IMG/VR virus record: IMGVR_UViG_3300036770_007539
Coordinates: 62,001 to 126,000 of that record
Length of the DNA: 64,000 nt
Direction: 5' to 3' (one strand)
Position 1 is the first letter of the stretch, and each line of letters starts with the position of its first letter. The translations under genes and the position numbers were made by a program. This document shows positions 19,501 through 27,437 of this stretch, piece by piece. The notes under the pieces were generated by a model. That model worked only from the letters and a program-made list of their open reading frames with translations. It was not told the DNA's origin and did no database searches.

Positions 19501-20195
19501 TTACTATTCCAGAAAAAAATGCATTTGAAATTTTTTATTTAGGGGAAGGATTAACTGGGACGCCATTTGAAATTTATCCTGAATTTTTTGATAAGTCGTC
19601 TGTAAATTTTGCAAATCTTGCTAAAGACTTTCCAGACAAAGAAGAAAATGGTTTTTCAGTAGATATCCCATCTGGATATGGATATCTTCAAGGAATTATT
19701 GAAAATTATTTTACTTTTAAGATTAAAAAAGAAACTTCTAAAAATTTTGGAAGAGAAATGGGAAAGATCTCTTTAAGAGATCCTTTTGGTAATTCTATTG
19801 CTCTGACATTATTTCCGGATGAATTAGAAAACTTTAAAAAAGATATCAGAAAAGTCATGGGCTCTAAATTTGTGATAGAACCTGGAGTGGCAATTAATTT
19901 TGCAGGAGGGTTAAATTGGTATGAGGGATCTCCTAGCTTAATTCTTAAACAGTTAAGAAAAATTGCAGGTATACCTCAAAAACCATCTAAGGATCAATTA
20001 AAGCCACAGAAAGTCAATTTAAAAATTGCTAACTCTAAAAAGAAAAAATCAACTACTATGATGGAATTTTTAGATGAAATTAATGAGGAATTAGAAGAGA
20101 ATGGAATTGTTGAAAATCAAGATTTAGAAAAAAATGATCTATTAGATATAGATGAGTTATCTGAGTTTCAGGCGCCAGAAGACAACGACGATTAA
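16584..20195 (+). CDS. dnaE: DNA polymerase III alpha subunit (family C)
   Basis: PHP motifs HNHTTYS, TDH, DAHY; GRGSAGGSL; PDIDLDF; KHAAG; KMDILGL; YGFNLSH; LPPDINKS; no intein. Confidence 0.97.
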   Translation: MKDFVSFHNHTTYSVLDSLIRPRDLFYRAKELGQSAIAVTDHATLAAAHDCLHASKETGVKLIMGCEFNFVDDLNSTNKNDRWRHVILCAKNYNGYKNLLKLSREANNYNVIAFKKTFPRIDWSLLEKYSSDLICTTACAGGILGQLINTRQIETAKLQAKRLKSIFEDDLALEIQPHALKRQISTMNDYIDQTLVNNILIKIGKELDIKVIPTTDAHYLYREDAEAHDVELAIGSGQPVESNNRLRYYNTSDSSLHSEFYMKSRDEVVSFFSRLYKEKADEWADNTLYFAEKCEFPNWIDPAFTNPSKRELPDFPVKDQPDYKKFLVWKHEHLEKECPEDEAYLRYVVYSNLDSRAKMPNIEAYKARIEDEFEVIAGKKFNSYMLIVADILDFCRKNNISTGYGRGSAGGSLIAYLARIHEADPLKYNLIFERFQNREKTAMPDIDLDFSKRNREKVLEYIYKKYGNEYVAQIANYMELTPKPYARAISRVYKLGGDFKSAVKIGNEIAGAIPDDIHKVSDLIDNAPLYAEYSKFYPQLAKSSQKLGNIFAAFSKHAAGLVIGKRKLEEIVPLRIDKEGFIVLEYEKERAEANGLVKMDILGLETLDIIDDCFELIKKQGKPLPSEPFDFEMYDEKTYDLIASGNTFAVFQLGTSGATMDLCRKIKPKSILDLALINALARPATADIRDEFSKVRNGEKPMELLHPSLQRAFGFTYGFGLFEESLMFLAQDVAGWTLNEADALRKLTKEKGKNPEKAAKLRKNFIDKSVENNIDVSIATTVWDDVISKFSGYGFNLSHAVFYSFLGFKTAYLKAHYPLEFLTANLIAEANSNAKNAPDNILKIKQELRSSGVKVLPPDINKSEMTYNIIDDNTLLTGFDSLKFMSNDAIPEIIAHRPYNSFEDFMRKVSAKKVKINSVYALIGSGCFDCFGMSRKQMYLYAADYRKKLSLYLSRAEDATQPFNYPFPEVGDFTIPEKNAFEIFYLGEGLTGTPFEIYPEFFDKSSVNFANLAKDFPDKEENGFSVDIPSGYGYLQGIIENYFTFKIKKETSKNFGREMGKISLRDPFGNSIALTLFPDELENFKKDIRKVMGSKFVIEPGVAINFAGGLNWYEGSPSLILKQLRKIAGIPQKPSKDQLKPQKVNLKIANSKKKKSTTMMEFLDEINEELEENGIVENQDLEKNDLLDIDELSEFQAPEDNDD

Positions 20196-20209
20196 ATTGG
20201 AGATTTTAT

Positions 20210-20881
20210 ATGAAATGCATGAATTGCACTGCGGAAATTTTACCACAATACGTTCATTCTATTGCAAATAATATGTGCCCAGGCTGCGGCGAAGCAATAT
20301 ACGACGATCAAACAAAAGATCTTTACAACGAATTAAAAGAGGCTATGCTCAGAATGCCCAACGATCCCGTTGGTCTTGCAGGCTGGCTACTAGACAATTA
20401 TAAGCTTCATAAGATCGGCTCTGCCGAACCTGTCTCTAAGTTTTATAATAGCTCTTTAAAAGAAGAGTCATATAAAGAGTCAAAAAATAAAACTGCATCT
20501 GTTGAAAAAACCCATGAATTCTTTCAAAGAGCAGGAGTTTCGCCTCAAATCAAAGGTAAACCTTCAAAAGATTATAGTTCTTTAGTGGAGCAAATCAATA
20601 ATGATATTGATGGCATGTATGGCGATGATGAAGTTGAAATGGTTTCAGAGTTTTCAGAAGAAGACAATATAATTGCTGCCAAATCTATGAATGCTAAATT
20701 TGCAGAAGAAGAAATTTTATTACCAGGAAAGCCTTTGGCTCGCCATGAAATGAAAGAATTAAAAAATTTAATGAGTAAGAATAATTCAAAAGCAGAAGTC
20801 ATTCTAGAAAATGAAAGAATGGAAAAACTTCAAAGGCAAGAAAATATGCTTTCCGGAGGGGGCGGCTTTAAAAGAGCATGA
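20210..20881 (+). CDS. zinc-ribbon protein
   Basis: CMNC...CPGC at the N-terminus. Confidence 0.7.
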   Translation: MKCMNCTAEILPQYVHSIANNMCPGCGEAIYDDQTKDLYNELKEAMLRMPNDPVGLAGWLLDNYKLHKIGSAEPVSKFYNSSLKEESYKESKNKTASVEKTHEFFQRAGVSPQIKGKPSKDYSSLVEQINNDIDGMYGDDEVEMVSEFSEEDNIIAAKSMNAKFAEEEILLPGKPLARHEMKELKNLMSKNNSKAEVILENERMEKLQRQENMLSGGGGFKRA

Positions 20882-21210
20882 TTAGAATCATAGATAATAA
20901 AAAAATAGATTTAACAGAATCGGAACATCAATTGTATCAAGAAATATGCAAAGCATATGATACAACTACTTTTCAAGGAAAAGATTTATTTAAGGGTCTT
21001 TTTGAAACTAACGATGATGGCGTTATTATTTTTTTAAAACCATCCAATAAACCCTATGCCAGTATGGAAGTTTTCTTATTTTTAATTTCCGTAATGGTGC
21101 ATCAGCACTTGCGTCAAAGCACACAGCAATTTGATCTTTTAATGGAAGATGCTCGTCGAGTTATTGACGAAGCCAAAACAGTTATTTTAGAATTAAAAAA
21201 CAAAGGATAA
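20878..21210 (+). CDS. hypothetical protein
   Basis: ATGA-coupled ORF. Confidence 0.7.
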   Translation: MIRIIDNKKIDLTESEHQLYQEICKAYDTTTFQGKDLFKGLFETNDDGVIIFLKPSNKPYASMEVFLFLISVMVHQHLRQSTQQFDLLMEDARRVIDEAKTVILELKNKG

Positions 21211-21216
21211 TTTATT

Positions 21217-21624
21217 ATGGAACAAAGAAACATTGAAAGCCTGGTAGAATTTGTATTGAACCAGGTTCAGGCGGTCCAATCTGGAACTTTCGAAGTTATT
21301 AAATCTGATGTTGTTGCAGCCGCTTCTTTAGAAGCCCAGCTTCTATTGGCAGACATTTTGTCATCTGCAGAATTTGAAGTAAAACAGAGAGAAAATGATT
21401 TGGATTTTTTGGAAGCAGAACTGGCTACTAATATTAGGACAGAGAATAGAGAGAAAAAAATTACTGAAGCTCAGGTTAAAGAGCTAATCAGTAGCAAGTC
21501 CGAAGTTAGAGAAGCCAGAAACAACTCAGCAGTAGCTCATAAAGAGTTTAAGAAGTGGCAATATATTTTTAACACGTTAAAAGATTCTCATATCTTTTTT
21601 AGAAACTTGAACAAAACACAATGA
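21217..21624 (+). CDS. UvsY-like recombination mediator (putative)
   Basis: Helical 135 aa with KKITEAQVKELI; directly upstream of recA. Confidence 0.5.
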   Translation: MEQRNIESLVEFVLNQVQAVQSGTFEVIKSDVVAAASLEAQLLLADILSSAEFEVKQRENDLDFLEAELATNIRTENREKKITEAQVKELISSKSEVREARNNSAVAHKEFKKWQYIFNTLKDSHIFFRNLNKTQ

Positions 21625-21663
21625 TGCGCCAGCAGGCTTAAAAGCATCCAAAGGAGATAAATA

Positions 21664-22641
21664 ATGGTAACAAAAAATAGTAGCACTTCCCCTACTTCGA
21701 AATTAAAATTTGATATTAGCGCATTAGTAGATAAAGCTAGGGGAATATACGGAAAATCAGACGCTGGCTTAGCCAAGCAAATTTCATCTGGCTCAAACAT
21801 TGTGCGAGCCGACAAAGACACGGATTTTGTTCTTTGGTCAAAAGGAGACCATTGGCAAAAATTAACTGGAACCAAAGGTATTCCATTTGGAAAAATTGTA
21901 CAAATTGCCGGAAAGCCAGACTCGGGCAAAAGCACACATGCAATGTGCTTTATGGCAGAAGCTCAAGAGCAAGGTGTATTAGTTATTCTTTGGGATGCTG
22001 AAGGTAAATTTTCTCAAAGACGCTATGACTCTAAAATGGGCGGCAATTCTAATGAATTGCTAGTCGTGCAAACTAATTCTATCCAAGATGGAGTCATGCA
22101 CGTCGCTAATACAATTCATGCGGCTAAACAATTAGATCCTAATGTTAAAGTTTTAATTGTTTGGGATAGCGTAGGTGCTTCTTTGAATTCAAAAGAAGAC
22201 TCCGAGGAAACTGAAGAAGCATCTAATCAGCCAGGCGTAGACGCCAGAGATATTGCTAAAGCAGTTAAGAAATTGAATAAAACCATGTTTCGATATTTCA
22301 ATAAAGAAACAGGCGAGCATTCAGTAGCTTGCTTAGTGGTCAATCAGGTTTATGCTAACATTGGGTCAGTGGGAACCAAAGAAAAAGGTGGAGCCCAGCT
22401 AGAATACCTTTCTAGCTTGATTTTAAACTTGACTCGAAAATCCGACTTGACAAAAACCCGTGGAGGAATTAAAGTCAAGCATGGGATTGTTTCTCGTGCC
22501 AAGGTTAAAAAGAACCATCTTTTTGATGGAGATGATTGTGTGTCAGAATTAGAACTTGAAGTTTCAGCATCTGGAATTCGTTTGTTTGGCAAAGGAAAGA
22601 AAGATGATGATGGAGATCTTCTTGAAGAAGAAGATGATTGA
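21664..22641 (+). CDS. recA: RecA/UvsX-like recombinase
   Basis: GIPFGKIVQIAGKPDSGKST, WDAEG, VWDSV, VNQVY, GGAQLEY, VKKNH. Confidence 0.9.
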   Translation: MVTKNSSTSPTSKLKFDISALVDKARGIYGKSDAGLAKQISSGSNIVRADKDTDFVLWSKGDHWQKLTGTKGIPFGKIVQIAGKPDSGKSTHAMCFMAEAQEQGVLVILWDAEGKFSQRRYDSKMGGNSNELLVVQTNSIQDGVMHVANTIHAAKQLDPNVKVLIVWDSVGASLNSKEDSEETEEASNQPGVDARDIAKAVKKLNKTMFRYFNKETGEHSVACLVVNQVYANIGSVGTKEKGGAQLEYLSSLILNLTRKSDLTKTRGGIKVKHGIVSRAKVKKNHLFDGDDCVSELELEVSASGIRLFGKGKKDDDGDLLEEEDD

Positions 22642-22661
22642 TAATTAAAGGCAAATAATAT

Positions 22662-23003
22662 ATGAGTGAAAATAAAGATCCGGCTTTTATTAAAGCCTCA
22701 GCTTTATCTGAAGTAGATAAGAAACTATCAGATCCAAATGCTAATAAACATTTGCACCTGATATCCATAGAAGATCCTTATCATAAGACAAAAGAACGCT
22801 CTTTCTTTACGTACAATTTAGACAAGAGTAATTTTGGATTAGAATTTAAAGGATTTGAAATAGACAAGAAGGCAATTGGTCAAGTAAAAACATGGACAGA
22901 AGCACTGAAGTATGCTGAATCAAAAAAGATCGAAATGATCAGTTTATTTATACCATGGCATCGAGTTGTCAAAGTCCAAAATCTATCATATAGACCTAAA
23001 TGA
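22662..23003 (+). CDS. hypothetical protein
   Basis: ORF track. Confidence 0.7.
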   Translation: MSENKDPAFIKASALSEVDKKLSDPNANKHLHLISIEDPYHKTKERSFFTYNLDKSNFGLEFKGFEIDKKAIGQVKTWTEALKYAESKKIEMISLFIPWHRVVKVQNLSYRPK

Positions 23004-23025
23004 ATAAATAACAAGGAGATAAATT

Positions 23026-23739
23026 ATGTCAGAAGAAAATCAATCTTACGGTTTTGTATCATGGGACGATCTAAAATTTTCATCAAAAGATGGAAAGAAA
23101 AGTTATGAAAATAAAGAAAGTGATTATTTTAAATTGGAGGCAGGGGTAAATACAGTTCGTATTCTCACATCTCCCGCTCCTTATAGCTTCCATAATTGGA
23201 AGCCAGAGGGTGACAATGTAGATCAGAAAAAAGCTAGTAAATGGGGATATACCGTTCGCTGCTCTAAAATGCACGGGTCTTGCCCACTGTGTAAGTCAGG
23301 AAACAAGCCAAAGCAAAAATTTCTAATGGCTGTTCTTGTAAAAGAAGTAGAAGCAAAGTCAGATCACAAAGATAAAAATAAAATCAAATTGCTTGATGCT
23401 TCGCCTGCAATTGCCAAAGACCTTAAAACTCTTAACGATAATAAAAAATGGGGAAATCCTTTCCGATACGATGTTGATATCGTAAAGAACCCTGATGCAG
23501 ATCCAAATAATTATTATTCAGTAACTCCATCTGGTCCACCAGAGCCTCTTTCGGAATCTGAAATGTCAATGAAGGCTTCATGGGATGATAAGACCCTGAC
23601 TCGCCACTTGGTCATTCCAACTCCAGCACAAGTAGAAGAGCAAATGGAAAGAATTATGAAGAAAATTGCCGTAGATGGTAATGCACCAGTCAAAAAAGAA
23701 GCAGCTGATGGAGATGATGATTTTCCATCGGTAGATTGA
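23026..23739 (+). CDS. phage ssDNA-binding protein (gp32-like)
   Basis: FKLEAGVNTVRIL, C-x3-H-x2-CPLC, YDVDI, acidic tail DDDFPSVD; AAGGAG RBS. Confidence 0.75.
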   Translation: MSEENQSYGFVSWDDLKFSSKDGKKSYENKESDYFKLEAGVNTVRILTSPAPYSFHNWKPEGDNVDQKKASKWGYTVRCSKMHGSCPLCKSGNKPKQKFLMAVLVKEVEAKSDHKDKNKIKLLDASPAIAKDLKTLNDNKKWGNPFRYDVDIVKNPDADPNNYYSVTPSGPPEPLSESEMSMKASWDDKTLTRHLVIPTPAQVEEQMERIMKKIAVDGNAPVKKEAADGDDDFPSVD

Positions 23740-23764
23740 TAAAATAAAAAAAGCATATTAATAA

Positions 23765-23804
23765 ATAACAAAGGGATGCGATTAATTTCGCATCCCTTTG
23801 TTAT
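23765..23804. terminator. 17-bp perfect hairpin after ssb (probable intrinsic terminator)
   Basis: ATAACAAAGGGATGCGA-ttaatt-TCGCATCCCTTTGTTAT. Confidence 0.75.
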
Positions 23805-23817
23805 ATTTAAGGATAAT

Positions 23818-24429
23818 ATGCCAAGAATTTTAGGATTAGACGCAAGCACTAGCACGATAGGAATCTGCGTGTTAGACTTCACTTTGGATGGTAAGTTTGA
23901 TTTAATTTTAGCTAATTATTATAAGCCGCCAAAGAAAGGTCATCCTATAGAAAAATTAGCAATGACCAAGATGGCAATTGAAAAAATTATTGAAAAATAT
24001 AACCCTGATCATATTGCACTAGAAGATATCATTTTGTTCATGAAAGGCAAGAGCACTGCAAAAACCACTACTAGTCTAGCTGCTTTAAATAGAACCGTAG
24101 GTCTTGCAGTTTATGAAAAAACCACACGACCTCCCACGTTATTGAACGTCTTAACGATTAGACATGCTATTAAAATAAGAGAAGTTCCAGACAAAGAAAA
24201 AATACCAGAAACAGTTGCTGAAAGATTGCAGATCCAATTTCCTTGGATTTTAAATAAAAATAATAAGCCCATACCTGAAAATTATGATATTGCAGATGGA
24301 ATGGCGGTGGCGTTAGCATATGCATGTCTTGTCATAAATAATGATGGTAAATTTCCTCTAGATAAAGAATCTAGTATTAAGAAGGAAAAAAAGAAAAAGA
24401 AAAAGAAACAATTGCCAAAGAGTAAATAG
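23818..24429 (+). CDS. ruvC: RuvC-like Holliday junction resolvase
   Basis: ILGLDAS, IALED, DIADGMAVA; ATG 23818 with AAGGA RBS. Confidence 0.85.
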   Translation: MPRILGLDASTSTIGICVLDFTLDGKFDLILANYYKPPKKGHPIEKLAMTKMAIEKIIEKYNPDHIALEDIILFMKGKSTAKTTTSLAALNRTVGLAVYEKTTRPPTLLNVLTIRHAIKIREVPDKEKIPETVAERLQIQFPWILNKNNKPIPENYDIADGMAVALAYACLVINNDGKFPLDKESSIKKEKKKKKKKQLPKSK

Positions 24430-24431
24430 CT

Positions 24432-25283
24432 ATGAATTATAAAAAGGCTCTTGAATTATTAGAATTAACCGAGGGCTTTACTGAAGACCAATTAAAAAAA
24501 CAATTTAGAAAATTAGCTGCCAAATATCATCCAGATATCAACAAAAGCTCTGATGCAGAGAAAAAATCAAAAGAAATTTCCGAAGCTTATAATTTTTTAA
24601 AAGATCCTAAAAACTGGAATATACCATCAAACAGATCTACTAACCCGGCTGGGTATCATACTGTTAAAGTTAATATTTCAAGAAATAAACATAAAACCGT
24701 AAATATTGATGATTTATTTTCTGCAATAAAAATGAATTTTTTTAATGTACCTTCGAAAACAATAAAAGTCTCTTTAAGAGATGCGATTTTGGGGTGCAAT
24801 GTCAAGACCAGTGTTGATTGGATAGAATCATGTGCCGAATGCCCAAAGGACAATTCTAAATGCCAACGATGCAATGGCACAAAGCAGGTCAAAAGATCTG
24901 GTAATTGGAATTTAACTTTAATTCCAGGTATTCAACATAATACTACTATTACTTTAGATAGAATTATTAATAATAAAAATTATAAATTTTCTTTTGTAAT
25001 TTTAGTAGACGAGGACCCTAACTGCACTCGCCAGGGAAATGATATCTTTATTAAAAGGCAATTTTCTTTATTAGATGTTTTGCGAGGCGGAAAGTTTGAA
25101 CTGGATACATTTACTAAAAAAATTCAGTTTAATTTAAATCCTGGAACTAAAAACAATGATTTAGTTATAGTTAAAGATAGCGGTCTTCCTAACCATGGAC
25201 ACTATAAAATTATAGTCTTGGTTGATTACCCTAAAGACATAGATAAGTTAATTAATTTCTTAGAGCAAAGTCAAGGTACTTAA
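24432..25283 (+). CDS. dnaJ: DnaJ-family co-chaperone
   Basis: J-domain with YHPD, partial Zn finger CAEC/CQRCNG, C-terminal domain RQGNDI...PGTKNND. Confidence 0.85.
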   Translation: MNYKKALELLELTEGFTEDQLKKQFRKLAAKYHPDINKSSDAEKKSKEISEAYNFLKDPKNWNIPSNRSTNPAGYHTVKVNISRNKHKTVNIDDLFSAIKMNFFNVPSKTIKVSLRDAILGCNVKTSVDWIESCAECPKDNSKCQRCNGTKQVKRSGNWNLTLIPGIQHNTTITLDRIINNKNYKFSFVILVDEDPNCTRQGNDIFIKRQFSLLDVLRGGKFELDTFTKKIQFNLNPGTKNNDLVIVKDSGLPNHGHYKIIVLVDYPKDIDKLINFLEQSQGT

Positions 25284-25618
25284 TGAGTTTTTTATTTCAA
25301 TGCCCAAATAAAGATTGTAAAAAAGTTACAGAGCTAGTATTAGATCCTCAAACTAACTTGGCTCATTGCAGTGATTGTGATTGTGAAATATCCGAAGTTA
25401 CGTCTTTTGTTAAAAATTCTTTAAGAGGTATAAAAAAATTTCGAGACTCTAAAAAGAGAGCGGCTTCATTTGCTATGGCTTGCAAGAACTGCCATAAAAA
25501 AATGACTCCATTATTAATTAAAAATAATTTGCATTGCCCAGAGTGTAGAAATATGCATGAAGTTTCTCCGCATTTTAAGAACGTTTTTATTTTAAATTTA
25601 AAACAAAATGAACACTAA
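25283..25618 (+). CDS. double zinc-ribbon protein
   Basis: CPNKDC, CSDC, CKNC, CPEC. Confidence 0.75.
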   Translation: MSFLFQCPNKDCKKVTELVLDPQTNLAHCSDCDCEISEVTSFVKNSLRGIKKFRDSKKRAASFAMACKNCHKKMTPLLIKNNLHCPECRNMHEVSPHFKNVFILNLKQNEH

Positions 25619-26399
25619 TAGTTTTATTAATAATTATATTTTAACTGATAAAATATACAAAGAAGTCATTGACAGATCTTACAATTTATTGTTTACAGAA
25701 AATGGAAAAACTACTTATAATTATATAAAATCAAGAGTTAGTGAAAAAATTATTAGAGATTATGAATTTGGATACTTTCCAAGCTCTTTAGATTTGAATC
25801 AATTGCAAATTGATTTCGATAATCTAAAGAAAGTTAAATTAATATTTCAAAAAAATATTAAAGATAATTTCAATACTATTATCTTTAATAGTTTTTTTGA
25901 AAATCATAATTTAATTTTTCCTATTAAAGATGAGTATAATAATGTTGTAGGTCTTATAGGCAGAACGTTACTGTCAGAAAATGAATACAAATCTAAAGGC
26001 TTAGAAAAATATAAATACACTTTCTTTAGCAAAAGTCATATTTTATTTGGTTTAAATAAGGCGAAAGAATCTATTGCCAATTATGGAACTGTAATTTTGG
26101 TAGAGGGTCAATTGGATTGCATTCAATTACAATCCAATGGAATATACAACGTCGTAGCCTTAGGCGGATTAGATATGCATTATTATCAATATTATCTATT
26201 AAAGAAATATGGAGGTAATAAATTAAAGATTTATGCATTGCTTGATAATGATGAACGTGGACAGCAAGGGATTGTCAAGTTGCAGCAAAAATACAAAGAA
26301 AAAAATGAAATTAAAAAGCTTTCTTTGCCTGGTAATTATAAAGATATAGATGAGTATATTAAAAATAAAAAAGATTTGACCTTTTTAGCAAATATATAA
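25608..26399 (+). CDS. dnaG: DnaG primase catalytic core (TOPRIM) lacking the Zn finger
   Basis: LIFPIKD...GLIGR, KYKY, LFGL, LVEGQLD, VVALGG, LDNDERG, KDIDE. Confidence 0.88.
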   Translation: MNTNSFINNYILTDKIYKEVIDRSYNLLFTENGKTTYNYIKSRVSEKIIRDYEFGYFPSSLDLNQLQIDFDNLKKVKLIFQKNIKDNFNTIIFNSFFENHNLIFPIKDEYNNVVGLIGRTLLSENEYKSKGLEKYKYTFFSKSHILFGLNKAKESIANYGTVILVEGQLDCIQLQSNGIYNVVALGGLDMHYYQYYLLKKYGGNKLKIYALLDNDERGQQGIVKLQQKYKEKNEIKKLSLPGNYKDIDEYIKNKKDLTFLANI

Positions 26400-26405
26400 G
26401 GATAT

Positions 26406-26879
26406 ATGGCTCGCCAAAGAGATTTTTCTACAAATAGAAGCAATAGTTATCAGTGGGTTATTATGGAAACACCTTTTGATTCTGATACTTTGTCTGATTT
26501 CTCAGACTCTCAAGGGTTTGCAGGTGTAATGAATGATGCAATTTATAAAGAAGAGCTAAAAGAATTAAATGAAAAATTAAAAGAAGAATATTGGAGAATT
26601 GTAGAAAATAATCTTACACCCAGACAACAGCAAGTTTTAAAATTGTTAGCTACCGGAATGACCCAAATAGATGTTGCTAAAGTTTTAAATGTAAATCAAT
26701 CTTCTGTTACAAAATCGGTTCACGGAAACACTGATTACGGAAAGAAAAATGGAAAAAAAAGTAAAAAATCCTATGGCGGAGCCAATAAAAGAATCAAAAA
26801 ATTAGTAGATAAAGACCCTAAAATTCAAGAAATATTGGCTAGAATTGCCGAGATAAAAGAAGAGTTAGAAGGTTTTTAA
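26406..26879 (+). CDS. sigma70 region-4/LuxR-type HTH transcription factor
   Basis: LTPRQQQVLKLLATGMTQIDVAKVLNVNQSSV. Confidence 0.75.
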   Translation: MARQRDFSTNRSNSYQWVIMETPFDSDTLSDFSDSQGFAGVMNDAIYKEELKELNEKLKEEYWRIVENNLTPRQQQVLKLLATGMTQIDVAKVLNVNQSSVTKSVHGNTDYGKKNGKKSKKSYGGANKRIKKLVDKDPKIQEILARIAEIKEELEGF

Positions 26880-26943
26880 AAATATCTATTAATTCTAAAG
26901 TATAATCATAGCTATATTTTTTTATATAATTAGGAGTTGGTTA

Positions 26944-27423
26944 ATGTCTAGACCTTCAATAGATTACTCAAACTTAGAGAATGACTTAAATAAATCTAAT
27001 AAAAAAGTTTTTAAATTATCAGATGTTCAACATAAAATTCGTAAAGTTGCATTTGATGTTGTTAGATTTATTGATGGCTCTGATATTGAAGGCTTGTGGA
27101 AAATAGACAAGAATCAACAAGGAGAATATATTGTAGCTCTTTATGATGATTCTGTAGACTCTCTAGAAAAGACTGCATCTGATAAAACTGGATGGAAAGT
27201 TGTTTTATCAAAGCAAAATGATTTGCATGTCTTTTATAAAGAAGAGCCTATAATTAGATTAGCCAGCACTGATTTAGGTATTCCCGAAGAAGAAATGACG
27301 TTGGTTCCAACGTATCTTCCTAATAAACTAGCTAATAATTCGAAATTAGTTAGAGGGCTTTTAAATCAGTTGTCTGAATCTGAGCGTCAAGAATTGTATA
27401 AGAAATATCCTGAACTTGCTTGA
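26944..27423 (+). CDS. hypothetical protein, first gene of the head block
   Basis: AGGAG RBS; KVAF and KTAS motifs. Confidence 0.75.
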   Translation: MSRPSIDYSNLENDLNKSNKKVFKLSDVQHKIRKVAFDVVRFIDGSDIEGLWKIDKNQQGEYIVALYDDSVDSLEKTASDKTGWKVVLSKQNDLHVFYKEEPIIRLASTDLGIPEEEMTLVPTYLPNKLANNSKLVRGLLNQLSESERQELYKKYPELA

Positions 27424-27437
27424 ATTTAGGAAAATAA

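Noticed and set aside
23765-23804. Hairpins (also 29848 and 52415) as ncRNA, tRNA or mobile-element ends
   Set aside because: They are single unrelated stems directly downstream of genes, best explained as terminators; no cloverleaf or shared sequence.
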